Source: a virus. From it: a stretch of DNA of 40,078 nucleotides. Shown in pieces: positions 12,770 through 20,858 of this stretch. How positions within the stretch are numbered: the stretch's first letter is position 1; the number at the start of each line of letters is the position of its first letter. Under the pieces are notes generated by a model. It ran no database searches and was not told where the DNA came from. It worked only from the letters and a program-made list of their open reading frames with translations. Where the stretch lies: the IMG/VR virus record IMGVR_UViG_3300034069_000373, positions 1 to 40,078 of that record; one strand, given 5' to 3'. The translations under genes and the position numbers were made by a program.

Positions 12770-15238
12770 TTACCGGGAGGTAATCGCGGGAGCGGCTTTG
12801 TAGCCGATCTGTGCGGGACCGCTCAGCGCTTTCAGTAGCGCATTCTGTGCAGGGTCTTGCAATAGGCGGGCTGCTTGCTGAGGGTCGAGCAGCGCATTGC
12901 CAAGCCGCTCTTGGATCTGCTTGTTCGCGGTGCCGTAGGGCAATTGCAGCAGTCGGCCCAGCGTCGACGTTGCAGCGGTCGAGCCGCCAATGCCACGCCC
13001 AAGCATCCCCTGCAGAAGCTGGTTCTGTGCGAGGTTCTGCACCGTATTGGAGCCGACCGCGCGCCCGGTGTTGTTCGCAATCTGGCCGGCGTTTAGATCG
13101 GCCTGAATCCTGCGGAGAACGTCCAGCTGCGATGCGCTCAAGTCCTTGGCGAGATCATCGCCCTGGTTCTTGAGAACGTTATTCAGCTTGGCTGCGGAGA
13201 GGATGGCACCACCCTGCGAGTCCACCGTTCCGGTCTGGACGCTTTTCAAGATCTCGTCGAGCTTTTCCATTTGACCAATGGGAATGCTCTCATCGGTGTA
13301 GGCCTTCAGATAGCCGCGCCATGTGGGACGCGCACCTGTCGCAGCTTGGGCTGCTGGCGGGGCTCCTGCGGGGCCCACAGCGCGACTGCCGGGCATGGCT
13401 AGATCGGTTGCCGCCTCGAACGGGACAACCTCACGCGATGCGCTCAGCGGTGCGGATGCGGCGGGAGACGAGACGCGCCGGCTAGCCTGGTCGATGGCGT
13501 CATCAATCAGGCCCTTGACGTTGGTCAGTTGGCTGGAGGCGTACTTCAGGTTGCCTGCGTCGCCTTGCAGCTTGCCCTGCAGCGTCGTGTTGATGTCCTT
13601 GCGTATCTCGTACAGCGCCCGGGCGTCAATCGCCCCGTCCTTGCTGAACTGTTCGATGCGTGTGCGAAACTTGTTCAGCGCCTGCTGAGAAAGCTCGCCT
13701 GCGTTGTCCGGTTTGGAGATAAGGCGATCGATGGACTTGAGAATGCTTTCCGATGGCACATTTCCTGCAGCACTCAACACCTCTTCGCGCATCGGATCGG
13801 TCAGCGCCTTGCGTGCGTCCTTCGCAAGTGCGATCTTTCCGGTATTGCCGGCAATGTCTTCAATCGCTGCGGTACGGGCTTGGTTCTGAGCAGTCTGCCG
13901 CGCGGAGAGGCCTGCGGCATATTCGGGGCTCGCGTTCTGCATGGCGCGGCTGAGAGCGGCGATACCGTCATCGCCTGCAGCGGTTGCAGCCGTGGGGGCG
14001 GAGCCGGGGACGATCTCCTGTGCTCCTTGCAGCGCGGTCCGGGCAGCAGCTGGATTGATTGCAGCCTGGCGAAGTGCATCGCCTGCGATCTGGTTTTGTC
14101 CGGCAGCGTAGAAGGGACGAACCACAGAGCCAGCAGCGCGGCCCACTGCGCCGACAGCCGAAGCGACCGGAGGCAGCGCACCGCCCACGAGAGCGCCTAC
14201 GCCTGCATTCGCCGGGTCGATAAGCCCTGCGCCTGCAGCACCAGCACCAGCACCGCCAGCGATGCGCAGTAGCATGTTCGTCGGTCTCGAGCCGGCTCCA
14301 GCCTTTGCGCCACTCGACGCAAGCGCAGTAGCAAGCCGGCCAGCACCAGCAGCACGCGCGGGGATCGCCAGCACGTTACCAGCACCAGCCGTACCCGCCA
14401 CCTCGCCCACGAGCTTACCGCCTTGGTAGGCAATCGACTCAGGATCTGCACCCAACGACTGAAGCGCGCTATCCATGTCCGCACGGCGCGCCCGATTGGA
14501 TTCAAGGGATAACCCTTTGCCTGCGATCGCGTCTTTGGCGATATCGATCGGGGCAAGTAAAGTTGCGCCGATGGAGCCAGCACCACGGATGAGGCCCGCG
14601 CCCACATTGCCTGCACCTTGAAGGAAGCGATCGTTGAGCGATTTTTCCGGCGCTTTGACTGGCTTGTCTTCAAGTTGGGCGAGAAGCTCGGGGTCTTCGA
14701 TGTACTGGCGCGCGGGCGCAGCCTCTGCGGCCTGTGCGGATGGAATCATTGCTTCAACCGCACGCTGGACAACACCGCGCTCTTTCGGCAGACGCGCTGC
14801 TACTTGCTGCCCGTACTGGAGGGTAGTGGGAGCGTTGGGGTTGCGCGGGTCGGAAACGGCGATACCCCGGCGAGCCTTCTCAAGTCCACCGGGTCCGCCG
14901 TAGTATCCCGCCGCAGTAAGGGCCGGATCTCCGCCAGCTTGTTCGTAAAGCTGTTTGACGTAGCGGATTCCTGCTCGGGCGTTTTGCTCGGGGTCATTGA
15001 TCTTCCAATCCTTGTCAGCTACTGAGCGAAACGTGTCGGGAATGATCTGCATGCCGCCGACAGCACCAGCATTGGATGTCTTGGTGTTGCGGCCACCGCT
15101 AGATTCTTGCTGGTAGATGCTACGCGCGATTTCGGCAACCTTGCCGCTCACACCTTCAGCTTTCAGAGCCGAATCGAACGGGTCGGAGCCTGCGCCCAGT
15201 TGACGCAGAAGATCGGGGTCTGTGATGTATTGGGGCAT
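12770..15238 (-). CDS. Internal virion/ejection protein with N-terminal soluble lytic transglycosylase (SLT) domain
   Basis: SIYQQESSGGRNTKTSNAGAVGGMQIIPDTF...AGIRY.. matches the SLT motifs. The rest is a long Ala/Gly-rich region. I took the start as the ATG at 15238 (MPQYITDP); an ATG at 15268 is the alternative. Confidence 0.8.
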   Translation of the reverse strand: MPQYITDPDLLRQLGAGSDPFDSALKAEGVSGKVAEIARSIYQQESSGGRNTKTSNAGAVGGMQIIPDTFRSVADKDWKINDPEQNARAGIRYVKQLYEQAGGDPALTAAGYYGGPGGLEKARRGIAVSDPRNPNAPTTLQYGQQVAARLPKERGVVQRAVEAMIPSAQAAEAAPARQYIEDPELLAQLEDKPVKAPEKSLNDRFLQGAGNVGAGLIRGAGSIGATLLAPIDIAKDAIAGKGLSLESNRARRADMDSALQSLGADPESIAYQGGKLVGEVAGTAGAGNVLAIPARAAGAGRLATALASSGAKAGAGSRPTNMLLRIAGGAGAGAAGAGLIDPANAGVGALVGGALPPVASAVGAVGRAAGSVVRPFYAAGQNQIAGDALRQAAINPAAARTALQGAQEIVPGSAPTAATAAGDDGIAALSRAMQNASPEYAAGLSARQTAQNQARTAAIEDIAGNTGKIALAKDARKALTDPMREEVLSAAGNVPSESILKSIDRLISKPDNAGELSQQALNKFRTRIEQFSKDGAIDARALYEIRKDINTTLQGKLQGDAGNLKYASSQLTNVKGLIDDAIDQASRRVSSPAASAPLSASREVVPFEAATDLAMPGSRAVGPAGAPPAAQAATGARPTWRGYLKAYTDESIPIGQMEKLDEILKSVQTGTVDSQGGAILSAAKLNNVLKNQGDDLAKDLSASQLDVLRRIQADLNAGQIANNTGRAVGSNTVQNLAQNQLLQGMLGRGIGGSTAATSTLGRLLQLPYGTANKQIQERLGNALLDPQQAARLLQDPAQNALLKALSGPAQIGYKAAPAITSR

Positions 15239-15239
15239 G

Positions 15240-16520
15240 TCAGTTGACCACGTACCAGCCTTTGCCATCGTTCTCGTAGGTTTTGCCGCCTACGGTCTTG
15301 CGAGTCGGTGCAGCGGTCTTGGGAGCGCTCTGAGACTGAGCGATAGGCGCGTTGCCGGCGTTGTTCTTGAACCCTTCAATGACCAATCGTCGGTTAGCCG
15401 CCTTTTGCTCAATCACCGCCTTCCCATCTCCAGGCTGCGGGAAGTATTGCTTCTTGGCGTTGTCAAACTCATCCTTGCCAATGGCTGCGCCTGACTCTTG
15501 ACGCAGCACAGCGTTGACGAAGTCGCGTTGCGCTTGCTCGGCTTTCTGTCCACTCTCTCCGAGCATCATGTTTGCGCCAGCCCCGAGCACGCCGCCGACC
15601 AGTGGGATGTTGCCTGCAGACTGCTTGGCATTGACTGCAGCCGGGGAGTAGCTATCGCCCAGCTCAGACAGGATGCGGTCAGCCTCTTGCGCACGACTAC
15701 CGAATGTCGCGGACTTGCCCTGGAATTCGGTGGGCGATGCCTTCTTGGCTGCTGCAGGATCTGCGGGGCCACCGGGAATAAAGGCAAGCGTACCGTCTTC
15801 GTTCTGGCGGTAACCAGAGGGGACGCGTCCATTCTGGTTCGCTTCGGTGGCTCGCCTGTCGGTCAGATCCTGACCGCGCATCGTGACGCCTTGACCCTGA
15901 AGCGCCGTGGATTGGGTCATGTCCTGGCCGCGTCGCGTCACGTCCTGCCCAGCAAGCGCCGTGCTCTGCGTGAGATCCTGACCGCGCATGGTGATGTCTT
16001 GGCCGCGAAGCTGCGTCTGGTTGGCGAGGCGATCCTTTGCGCTGAGCGTTGCCTGTGCAAACTGCGCGACACCGTTCGGGTCGTAAGTGGGGGAGAACTT
16101 GGACGTGTCGATGCCAAGCTGGTCCTTAAGGATGGCCAAGCCTTGCGTGTAGCTGGGCTGGTCTTTGACCGTGCCAACGACACTAGAGATGGCATCCAGT
16201 TGCTTGATGCGAAGTTCAAATTCGCTGGTCGACGCAGCGCGGGCGTCCTTGTTGGCCGCAGCGTTCGACGTAATGACGGAAGCAGCTTGGGGGAAAGCGC
16301 CCACACCCTGAAGAGCAGCGGCTTTCTGTTCAGCGGGGAGATTGACGAATGCAGGGTCCTGCACGACTTTTAGAAGCATGTTCTGCGACTGAGCCTCACG
16401 GTCGGCACGCTCGTTCTGCCCTTGGTAGGCTTTGATCTGATATGCCTGAGCAAGCGACGCCAGCGGGTTGATCTGCTGGGGCGCTTGGACTTGGCTATAG
16501 ATGTCGCTGCTGACGGGCAT
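15240..16520 (-). CDS. Internal virion/ejection protein (426 aa) with RGQD(I/L/V/M)T repeats
   Basis: Its position between two other internal proteins mirrors the gp7/gp20/gp16 block of P22-like phages. It is Gln/Ala-rich with internal repeats. Confidence 0.6.
   Translation of the reverse strand: MPVSSDIYSQVQAPQQINPLASLAQAYQIKAYQGQNERADREAQSQNMLLKVVQDPAFVNLPAEQKAAALQGVGAFPQAASVITSNAAANKDARAASTSEFELRIKQLDAISSVVGTVKDQPSYTQGLAILKDQLGIDTSKFSPTYDPNGVAQFAQATLSAKDRLANQTQLRGQDITMRGQDLTQSTALAGQDVTRRGQDMTQSTALQGQGVTMRGQDLTDRRATEANQNGRVPSGYRQNEDGTLAFIPGGPADPAAAKKASPTEFQGKSATFGSRAQEADRILSELGDSYSPAAVNAKQSAGNIPLVGGVLGAGANMMLGESGQKAEQAQRDFVNAVLRQESGAAIGKDEFDNAKKQYFPQPGDGKAVIEQKAANRRLVIEGFKNNAGNAPIAQSQSAPKTAAPTRKTVGGKTYENDGKGWYVVN
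15861..16010 (-). repeat. Degenerate coding repeats encoding (M/R)RGQD(I/L/V/M)T(QSTAL)
   Basis: The peptide is LRGQDITMRGQDLTQSTALAGQDVTRRGQDMTQSTALQGQGVTMRGQDLT. The corresponding cctgaccgcgcat / gtcctggccgcg units are visible in the DNA. Confidence 0.7.
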
Positions 16521-16528
16521 GATGGTCC

Positions 16529-18049
16529 TTACGGATTATTGTTGACGCCCGTCTTGGACGTGAGCAGGCTATTCAAAAGCTGGTTCTGTTGGTAGCTATT
16601 CACTGCGCCCGTCAACCCGCTGCTGATGGTATTCGCATTAGCGATGCCGGCGGCGCCTGCTGCATTGGCTGCAGAAGTCATGTTGTTGCCGATGATTTGC
16701 GCATTCTGCATACCTGCGTTACCCAGCGTCTGCGCGCCTACCGTGGCAGAGCCCGCCAGAGACAACAGCGGGTTGACTGCGTTCGAGAAGTTGGCCTGAT
16801 AGGCGTTAAACCCGTTCGTGCTGTTCGTATTGAACGCGTTAGCCCGATTCGTCTCGTTAACGTTGTAAGCGTTGAGGCGATTATTCTCGTTGGCGCCGTA
16901 AGCATTGAACCGGTTCGTCTCGTTCGTATTGAACGCGTTGTACTTGTTGCCCTCATTGGTCGTGAAGGCCTTATAGGCGTTGTTCTCGTTTGTGTTGAAG
17001 GCATTGAAGTTGTTGCCCTCGTTCGTCGTGAACGTCTTGTACCGGTTCGATTCGTTGGTGTTGTAGGCCTGCGCGCGGTTGCCTTCATTGGTGCCGAACG
17101 TGCCGAGTGCCCGCTGATAGGCGTTCTGGAATTCTTGCGATGCCGCGCCTTGGTTGTAGTTGGACGATGCCTGCAATTGAGCGCCCGACAAAAACCGCCC
17201 CGATGCCGCACCTTGGCGGTCAAGCGCTTTCTGTCCTTGCTGCAACCGGAACTGATAACTCGGGTCGTTGTAGAGGTCTTCGCCCGTGTAGCTGAACTTG
17301 TCGGCAACGTAAGGATCTGCGCCCTGATACTGCCCTGCCTGATACTTGCCGGCCTCGTAAGTACCTGGTTGGTAGGTGTTGGGGTTGTAGGGCGTGGCAG
17401 CCTCGTAGGGCGTTGCAGCCTGATAGACCGGCGCGGTGTAGCCGTTGGCGAGGCTGCCGAACTTTGGATCGTTCTGAGCGGCCTGCTGAGCGGCCTGCTG
17501 AGCAGCTTGCTGCTGCGACGTTTGCTGGTCTAGACGCGCCTGAATGGCTGCATTGAGCCCCGCCTCGTCAACGTTCGAGGTAGCATCGTTGGACGGGGTT
17601 ACACCTCCGCCCGTGGGCGTGAACTGACCACCTTCGCCGAACGGGTCGTAGGCTGTGGCCCAGTTGGGTCCAGATGCAGGCGTTCCGGGCATCGGCGCCG
17701 CAGTGCTCCCGGAAGTTCCGGGGCGCGTGTATTGCGCGAGCAGCTCATTGCGAATCGCATCACGGTCCTGCGGCGCTGCGCCTGATGCCGCGCCACCGAG
17801 ACCCCCTACGCTGGTAGACCCGGAGAACCCGGTAGGCGAGATGCCGAGCAGGTAGGACAACCGGTCCCGAGCTGCGTTGCCGGTGTTGATGTTGGGCGCG
17901 TTGAGTGCGACATTGTTGTCGTACTGGCGTGCGCTCTCTGCGTTGGCTGCTTCAGCCGCCCGCTCTTGCCCCTTCGCTGCCTTACCCGTGGCGCTGGATG
18001 AAATGGCCGCGCCACCAATCGTCGCCGCTGCGCCTATTGCTGCAACCAT
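16529..18049 (-). CDS. Internal virion/ejection protein (506 aa) with about ten Asn-rich 11-residue tandem repeats
   Basis: Gly/Ala-rich N-terminus, Q-rich stretch, then the units GTNEGNRAQAY/NTNESNRYKTF/TTNEGNNFNAF/NTNENNAYKAF/TTNEGNKYNAF/NTNETNRFNAY/GANENNRLNAY/NVNETNRANAF/NTNSTNGFNAY. Confidence 0.6.
   Translation of the reverse strand: MVAAIGAAATIGGAAISSSATGKAAKGQERAAEAANAESARQYDNNVALNAPNINTGNAARDRLSYLLGISPTGFSGSTSVGGLGGAASGAAPQDRDAIRNELLAQYTRPGTSGSTAAPMPGTPASGPNWATAYDPFGEGGQFTPTGGGVTPSNDATSNVDEAGLNAAIQARLDQQTSQQQAAQQAAQQAAQNDPKFGSLANGYTAPVYQAATPYEAATPYNPNTYQPGTYEAGKYQAGQYQGADPYVADKFSYTGEDLYNDPSYQFRLQQGQKALDRQGAASGRFLSGAQLQASSNYNQGAASQEFQNAYQRALGTFGTNEGNRAQAYNTNESNRYKTFTTNEGNNFNAFNTNENNAYKAFTTNEGNKYNAFNTNETNRFNAYGANENNRLNAYNVNETNRANAFNTNSTNGFNAYQANFSNAVNPLLSLAGSATVGAQTLGNAGMQNAQIIGNNMTSAANAAGAAGIANANTISSGLTGAVNSYQQNQLLNSLLTSKTGVNNNP
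16781..17098 (-). repeat. Tandem 33-bp (11-codon) coding repeats, about 9-10 units
   Basis: Periodic gttgaa/gttcgt...gcgtt units are visible on the plus strand. I mapped the frame codon by codon for the last units (NAFNTNSTNGFNAYQANFSNAV). Confidence 0.8.
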
Positions 18050-18050
18050 G

Positions 18051-18506
18051 TCAATCCCCTATCCATTTCGTGTAAAGCGTTTCTGTGGGATGCCACCCCA
18101 TGAATTCAAAGAGAGGCCCTGCGTTAAGCGAGAGCTTCGTGCCGGTGAAGAGCTTTTTGACTCCGCGATCTTTCAGCGACTTCTCGACAAATTGAAAGAG
18201 GCGAAGCGGCGTGCGGCCAGTGCGGTGGGTCGGAGCTATGTAGTAGATGTCCGTCTGACCGCAGAGGGTGGACACGTAATGCAGATGCGGCCCAACGATG
18301 GTGAAGCTGTAGCCGACAATGGCGCCTTCTTTGCGTGCTACAACGATGTGCAGCATACCTCGGCTCTCCATAAGGTCGTAACGCTCAAAGTCAGGCATTA
18401 AGGGCATCTTGTCGCGGTTGAGTGCGACCTCCTCGTAGTGCTTGACCCACAGCGGAGCCATCTCCGTTTGAACGTCTGACCAGCTCTCAACAGCGTAGGT
18501 AGTCAT
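18051..18506 (-). CDS. GNAT-family N-acetyltransferase (151 aa)
   Basis: The size and pattern fit the GNAT fold: ...LHIVVARKEGAIVGYSFTIV......IYYIAPTHRTGRTPLRLFQFVEKSLKDRGVKKL..., including the acetyl-CoA-binding R/Q-x-x-G-x-G/A-like HRTGRT. Confidence 0.65.
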   Translation of the reverse strand: MTTYAVESWSDVQTEMAPLWVKHYEEVALNRDKMPLMPDFERYDLMESRGMLHIVVARKEGAIVGYSFTIVGPHLHYVSTLCGQTDIYYIAPTHRTGRTPLRLFQFVEKSLKDRGVKKLFTGTKLSLNAGPLFEFMGWHPTETLYTKWIGD

Positions 18507-19090
18507 GTGCGCACGTCCACAACAAGATGAATTCGCTCGACAGCAGAGTGGTTTACGACGCTATGCTCTGGCCGCTTGTCTTCAGGGGCTCCCTTGCCGT
18601 TGTTGAACCAATAGATTTCTCCGGGTGCCATGTAGACCTGCTCGTCACCAGCAGTGAACACCACACCAGGGGCGCTCTGCAGAACGATGTGATGACGCTC
18701 CCAATAGTTGGCGTGGTCTAGCGTGTCAGCATGCGGGTAGATGCGCCCGCCCGGCATGATGCGATTTACGATGACGCGCCCCAACCGAGTTCCTCGGACG
18801 TTCGCCATCAGTGCCATTACCAAATCACGGGCTTCGGGCAGTTTGTCGTAAACAGGCAGATCAATGCATTCGTGCTGGTCAACCGTGCGCAATAGTTCCT
18901 CGCGCTCCTCCTCAGTGGCTGGCACAGCGCGCGGCGGGAATCTCAGAATAATTGAATCAGTCTCGCCAAAAGGACCTTGCGGGAATGTCCGCAAATATGT
19001 GTCCTCGTGCCACCATCCCGGATTGCGGGCGATCTTTGCCATCAACGGGGTCACGTTGACGTTGGTAGCGAGGCGAAAGAAATTCTTCAT
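18503..19090 (-). CDS. Aspartyl/asparaginyl beta-hydroxylase-family 2OG-Fe(II) oxygenase (195 aa)
   Basis: PGGRIYPHADTLDH...WERHHIVLQS..GVVFTAGDEQVYMAPGEIYWFNN...EHSVVNHSAVERIHLVVD matches the Asp/Asn hydroxylase cupin pattern (I.PH.D ... R.H..L ... G....F.N...H.V.N.S...R.HL..D). Confidence 0.75.
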   Translation of the reverse strand: MKNFFRLATNVNVTPLMAKIARNPGWWHEDTYLRTFPQGPFGETDSIILRFPPRAVPATEEEREELLRTVDQHECIDLPVYDKLPEARDLVMALMANVRGTRLGRVIVNRIMPGGRIYPHADTLDHANYWERHHIVLQSAPGVVFTAGDEQVYMAPGEIYWFNNGKGAPEDKRPEHSVVNHSAVERIHLVVDVRT

Positions 19091-19446
19091 CGAGGAATGA
19101 CGGTTATCGACGGTGCCGCCGAGTATGTCACCCTGACCGCATCGCCCGGATTGAGCCTCACCACACCGCTATTCGGCAGGGCGTAGAAGGAAGTGCCATC
19201 TCGGGAGAAGTCCACATCGGAAACCGTGCCGCCCGAAACAATCAGATCCTGATCGAAATCGGTCTTATTTTCCCACGTATAGGGGGAAGCGGATAGAGTG
19301 GCTTCGGTAATTGCAGTCGTCGGGTTGCGGCCCAGCCCCTGCAGGTATTGCTGCAGCCACAAAGACATCTTGGCGACGAGCCCGCCGCCCTCGCTGACGA
19401 CATCAGCGATCTTCTGCCCGATACGTGGGACGCCTTGAGCCTTCAT
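19087..19446 (-). CDS. Hypothetical virion-module protein (119 aa)
   Basis: The ORF is in the track. It is coupled to both neighbours and lies directly downstream of the tail hub gene. Confidence 0.6.
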   Translation of the reverse strand: MKAQGVPRIGQKIADVVSEGGGLVAKMSLWLQQYLQGLGRNPTTAITEATLSASPYTWENKTDFDQDLIVSGGTVSDVDFSRDGTSFYALPNSGVVRLNPGDAVRVTYSAAPSITVIPR

Positions 19447-20852
19447 CCCTTGACCTCCAGCGTGGCGCCGATGATCACCTTCTTCACTGGGGCGTCAACG
19501 GCGATCTCGTAGATACGGTTTCGAGCCGCACCTAGACGGTTGAACACGATTCGCTTCTCGTACTCTCCGAGTTTACCCATGGGTCGCGTCACTTCGTTAT
19601 TGAAGACGCGGCCATCATCGGACCAGCGAAGCGAGATCAGAGGATCGGAGCCATAGCCTGCCGGCAAACCAACGCCCGCTTCCATCAGCACTTCTAGGCG
19701 CGAGTGGAATAGCCGAGCACCGCCCTTCCAAATATAGGGGGAGGCGCGCACAGAGCGGATGGGGTCGCCCGCGTTGTCGTACACGTCGAATTCCATCGCG
19801 TAGAGTCGACCGTCGCGATAGTCGCCGACCAGCAGTGAGCCGTAAGCAGAAGCGAAGCAGTTCAGCCGGTACCTCTTGAACTCTGCTGCCTCCCATTCCA
19901 GCCACTCAAACCATGAATTGGAGTGTGCGTCATAGCACCATGTCTTCTGTTCACTGGGGAAAGTCAACATGTAGATGGGGTGCCGACGAATGTCGAGACC
20001 GGTACCGAACGCGTCATCGACCTTGGCATATCCAGCAATCGCAGACTCTATCGCCACCGTGCTGATGCGCTGGGGCGTCTGGCCCTGCATGCGGTAGATA
20101 GCTAAAGCGCCTTGCGGGTTGTTGCCCAGCCAGAAGACGGAATCATCAGCGATGGCCGCAGAGTAGGGCGCAGAGCAACCGACCTCGTAGAACGCGCCGT
20201 CGACACGCTGGAAGGGGAACGCCGCAGCTCCTGAGTTGTACCAAAGCTCCAGCGAAGAGGTTCCGAAGACGTGCAGCAGTCGGTGATTGCTAACCACCGT
20301 CGAGAGGTTGTCCGGCAGTCCTTCGGCAGAGGCAAAATCGATCGCGTCCCATGTGAGAAAGTCGTACTGCCCGGAGATGCCGAATTGTCCAGTGTTAGGT
20401 AGGCCGACAATGCCGTAGCTGTCTTGGTAGGTTGCTTGGGTCGCGCCATAGACAAAGCCTGAATCGGTGATCTGCGTCCAAGCCGATGTTTCAATAGTGA
20501 AGACGAACCCCGACAGGCCGTCAATCACCAGCACTTGAAGGCCGTTGTCTTGCAGGGTGACGCGTCCAAGCCCGCTGAAGTTGCCCAGTGTCGTGAATGT
20601 CCAATCCGGATTGATGCGCCCGAACGACTGGCCGACAGCAGCGTACAGCACGCCGTTGACCTCGATCAGCCCCTTCACAGGACCACCCGCCAGGTTAGCA
20701 AGCAGCTTCAGCCCGGGCACGCCGTAGAGCGCTGTGGGCGTCTTCGCTTGGGTGTCGTCGCGCTCCAGCAGGAAGTTGATGCACCGTTGGTTGTTCACCG
20801 ACAGCGATGGCGCTTCGTATGCCGGCCCGACAAATCCCGCAATGAGGTTCAT
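19443..20852 (-). CDS. P22 gp10-like tail hub / packaged-DNA stabilisation protein (469 aa)
   Basis: Its size is close to P22 gp10 (472 aa). The N-terminus (MNLIAGFVGPAYEAPSLSVNNQRCINF..E) and the repetitive beta-propeller-like sequence are typical of the Phage_stabilise family. Confidence 0.7.
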   Translation of the reverse strand: MNLIAGFVGPAYEAPSLSVNNQRCINFLLERDDTQAKTPTALYGVPGLKLLANLAGGPVKGLIEVNGVLYAAVGQSFGRINPDWTFTTLGNFSGLGRVTLQDNGLQVLVIDGLSGFVFTIETSAWTQITDSGFVYGATQATYQDSYGIVGLPNTGQFGISGQYDFLTWDAIDFASAEGLPDNLSTVVSNHRLLHVFGTSSLELWYNSGAAAFPFQRVDGAFYEVGCSAPYSAAIADDSVFWLGNNPQGALAIYRMQGQTPQRISTVAIESAIAGYAKVDDAFGTGLDIRRHPIYMLTFPSEQKTWCYDAHSNSWFEWLEWEAAEFKRYRLNCFASAYGSLLVGDYRDGRLYAMEFDVYDNAGDPIRSVRASPYIWKGGARLFHSRLEVLMEAGVGLPAGYGSDPLISLRWSDDGRVFNNEVTRPMGKLGEYEKRIVFNRLGAARNRIYEIAVDAPVKKVIIGATLEVKG

Positions 20853-20858
20853 GGCGAC

